Under the pieces are notes generated by a model. That model worked only from the letters and a program-made list of their open reading frames with translations, was not told the origin of the DNA and ran no database searches. Position numbers and translations under genes: made by a program. A DNA stretch of 64,000 bases from a virus (taxonomy: Duplodnaviria > Heunggongvirae > Uroviricota > Caudoviricetes > Herelleviridae): positions 4,381 through 68,380 of the IMG/VR virus record IMGVR_UViG_2595698877_000001. One strand, 5' to 3'. Below, one piece after another: positions 63,449-64,000 of the stretch (positions are counted from its first letter, which is position 1; each line of letters begins with the position of its first letter).

Positions 63449-64000
63449 TTGCAATTTAAAGGCATGATGAATATCTACTCAAGATTAGTAGATTACACGA
63501 TAACAAACACAAATAAACTGAATGACTTCTCAGTAGGTAGTGCGATTAGAGCTTTATACGAAGCCGTAGCAATGGAAGTAGAACAGTTCTATGTATTAAC
63601 CGAAGAGAACTTAGAAGAGGCTATACAAGCAGGTGTATACGAGTCCTTTGGATTCAAACGTAAGGCTCCACAAAGAGCGTATGGTAAAGTTAGAATTACA
63701 TTCCATAATGCAGTTCAACAAAACTTACCATTACCTCGTGGTACAAGATTTACATCTAGCTTCCCAGAATACGCAAACATCTATGAAACTGTAGAAGATT
63801 ATTACATACCCGCAGGTGCAGTAACAGCAGAAGTATTTGTATACTGTCTAACATCAGGAGAGGTCGGTAACGTACCCGCAAACGCAATTGACGTTATGAT
63901 GACACCTCTATCGAATGTAAAGCTTGTAACAAACCCTGCTGCATTCCAGACTGGTGAGAACGAAGAGCCGTTAGAAGCATTGAAAGCTCGATTCCGCTCT
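63449..64000 (+). CDS. baseplate J-like wedge protein (truncated by the window end; not in track)
   Basis: TTG start after GGCGGTG; MQFKGMMNIYSRLVDYTITNTNKLNDFSVGSAIRALYEAVA..., frame open to the end. Confidence 0.85.
   Translation, partial: MQFKGMMNIYSRLVDYTITNTNKLNDFSVGSAIRALYEAVAMEVEQFYVLTEENLEEAIQAGVYESFGFKRKAPQRAYGKVRITFHNAVQQNLPLPRGTRFTSSFPEYANIYETVEDYYIPAGAVTAEVFVYCLTSGEVGNVPANAIDVMMTPLSNVKLVTNPAAFQTGENEEPLEALKARFRS

Noticed and set aside
1-64000. tRNA genes
   Set aside because: No cloverleaf with a T-loop GTTCRA and D-loop was recognised in any intergenic gap. This was checked by eye only; tRNAscan-SE or ARAGORN would be decisive.

Overview
This window is about 64 kb of a large lytic Bacillus cereus-group myovirus of the SPO1/Twort-like family Herelleviridae. 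The endolysin is essentially LysB4, which points to a B4-like (Bequatrovirus-type) phage. Bases 1-24.2 kb are almost all minus-strand. They hold a dense array of small early genes behind sigma-A-type promoters (TTGACT-17-TAnnAT), a dTMP-supply cluster (DHFR, dNMP kinase, thymidylate synthase), a PcfJ-domain protein, PhoH, the endolysin and an intron-free terS/terL operon. Bases 24.2-27.7 kb are the strand-switch zone: membrane proteins, a free-standing HNH endonuclease, an XRE regulator, a ~1 kb non-coding region with repeats and a very AT-rich tract, and a candidate sRNA. Bases 27.7-64 kb are the plus-strand morphogenesis cluster: portal, protease, scaffold, major capsid, neck, sheath, tube, a beta-helix depolymerase, inserted moron genes, frameshifted tail chaperones, tape measure, tail lysin, long fibre/RBP genes and baseplate, truncated at the window end. 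I saw no tRNA, CRISPR array, integrase or intron. The most interesting unexplained signals are: (1) four unrelated early proteins sharing an N-terminal MTR(H/Y)xRxxQ(L/M)xK tag; (2) a ~190-nt terminator-bounded RNA whose loops are anti-Shine-Dalgarno C/U-rich, with a matching hairpin in the capsid leader; (3) a perfect host WalR box upstream of a YocH-like 3D-domain gene; (4) an origin-like repeat/AT-rich region; (5) an L33-like zinc-ribbon protein; and (6) a PA-X-like UUU_CGU +1 frameshift. All product calls come from motif recognition and synteny recalled from related phages; no database search was run.
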